A stretch of DNA of 64,000 nt from Monocercomonoides exilis PA203 (lineage: Eukaryota; Protista; Preaxostyla). Shown here in pieces: positions 63,001 through 64,000 of the stretch. How positions within the stretch are numbered: position 1 is the stretch's first letter; each line of letters opens with the position of its first letter. A program made the position numbers and the translations under genes. The DNA lies in the NCBI GenBank assembly GCA_001643675.2, contig LSRY02000006.1, forward strand, positions 248,001 through 312,000, given 5' to 3'. The notes below the pieces were generated by a model. It was not told where the DNA came from, made no database searches, and saw only the letters and a program-made list of their open reading frames with translations.

Positions 63001-64000
63001 TGCATGTGAGCTTTTGAATGAATGTGATGTTTGTTGTGCTTTTTGTTATTATTGCGCTTTTGAGAATGCGAAGGAGATGCGGATGAGGATGACTCATTCG
63101 ACCGATGCTTGCCCATTTTGTGTTGGACTGGCGTTGACAGAACAGTTGAAGGTCTGGCTGGCTGTGCAGTGACCGGTTTATTCTCCTGTTTGTTTTGCAC
63201 TTTGTTGGTTTCTTTGTCAGCTTGCTGACCTTTTTTACTTTGTTTTTCCTTTTCCTGCTTCCCTTCTTGTTGTTCTGATCTGCTCTTTCTTTTTTCGCTG
63301 CTTGATTTGTTCTTATCTGCCAGGACAAGATCGATGAAGAGCTGCTTGTCGATCTCTTCATAATCAGATGACAGGTCCCAATCTGAACTGGCAGAGCAAG
63401 ATGAACTGCGCCTCTTATTCGATTTTCCTCTTCGTGAGACGCGAGATGACGATGAAGAATAGCTTCTGGCAGAAGAGTCATCCGAATACGAATTCGATGA
63501 ATATGTTGAATATGAAAGTACATCTTCATCGCTTTCATCTTCGTCATCTGAATAGTTCCCTCCAAAATCACTTGCATCTGACGAATAATCTGTCGCGTCT
63601 GAATAGCCAACAACATACAGCTCTTCTCTCTCGTCAAATTCAAACCCTCCTCCATCTTCTACTCCACACACAGCATTAACATCGTCAAATCCCACACATA
63701 TCAAATTCTGCTCTTTCTTCCTTCTTTGCTTGTTTCTTTCCTTTTCTCTTTCGAAATCTCCAAACATTCCATTCCTTCTTTCCTCATCTCTTTTAAAAGC
63801 CTTTCCTCTCATCCGAGAACCTGCTCCAAATCCGCTTATGCTCCTTAATCCTCTTCTCAGCCTCTTCATCTCGTCCATTTCTCTGACCATCTCTTGCTCC
63901 TGTTTCAAAATAAGTTTTTCTTCTTCTTCGTCTTCGTCTAAAGAAGAATAAAATGAGCATACAGCGCAGGTTTGATTAGCGCAGGTTTGAATATAATACC
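54051..64000 (-). CDS. Very large (>3200 aa) Ser/acidic low-complexity-rich helical protein, 5' end outside the window; possible divergent RME-8/DNAJC13
   Basis: ORFs 57192..63908 and 54051..57056 join in frame through a GT-AG intron at 57152-57262; a further GT-AG intron lies at 63938-63999. The CDS itself is well supported. The RME-8 assignment rests only on by-eye motif resemblance. Confidence 0.7.
58081..58134. repeat. (GAA)n microsatellite encoding poly-Ser on the minus strand
   Basis: About 18 GAA/GAG triplets within the large CDS. Confidence 0.9.

Overview
AT-rich eukaryotic (protist) genomic DNA with short spliceosomal introns and the standard genetic code. The gene families and style resemble an oxymonad such as Monocercomonoides (inference). 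Four conventional genes are present, all on the minus strand: FACT subunit SPT16, RNase P/MRP subunit RPP30, a CDKL5-like kinase whose first two introns are GC-AG, and a very large low-complexity protein that may be a divergent RME-8/DNAJC13. The rest is dominated by three apparently intronless paralogues (A, B, C) of a giant single-pass receptor: signal peptide, Cys/Gly-rich beta-helix-like repeat ectodomain, TM helix and TKL-type pseudokinase. They are locked into two adjacent large inverted repeats. A and B lie head-to-head (arms of at least 7 kb around SPT16/RPP30) and are ~98% identical in their N-terminal third except for one sharply bounded, equal-length 536-bp hypervariable cassette. 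B and C lie tail-to-tail in a ~5.4-kb-arm palindrome with a 170-bp spacer. One arm carries a decayed DIRS-type tyrosine-recombinase retrotransposon with intact ITRs and ICR; the other arm preserves the empty target site. The best candidate for a new system is palindrome-based diversification of the receptors, with variable-cassette and ectodomain swapping on a constant pseudokinase tail. All alignments and counts were done by eye.
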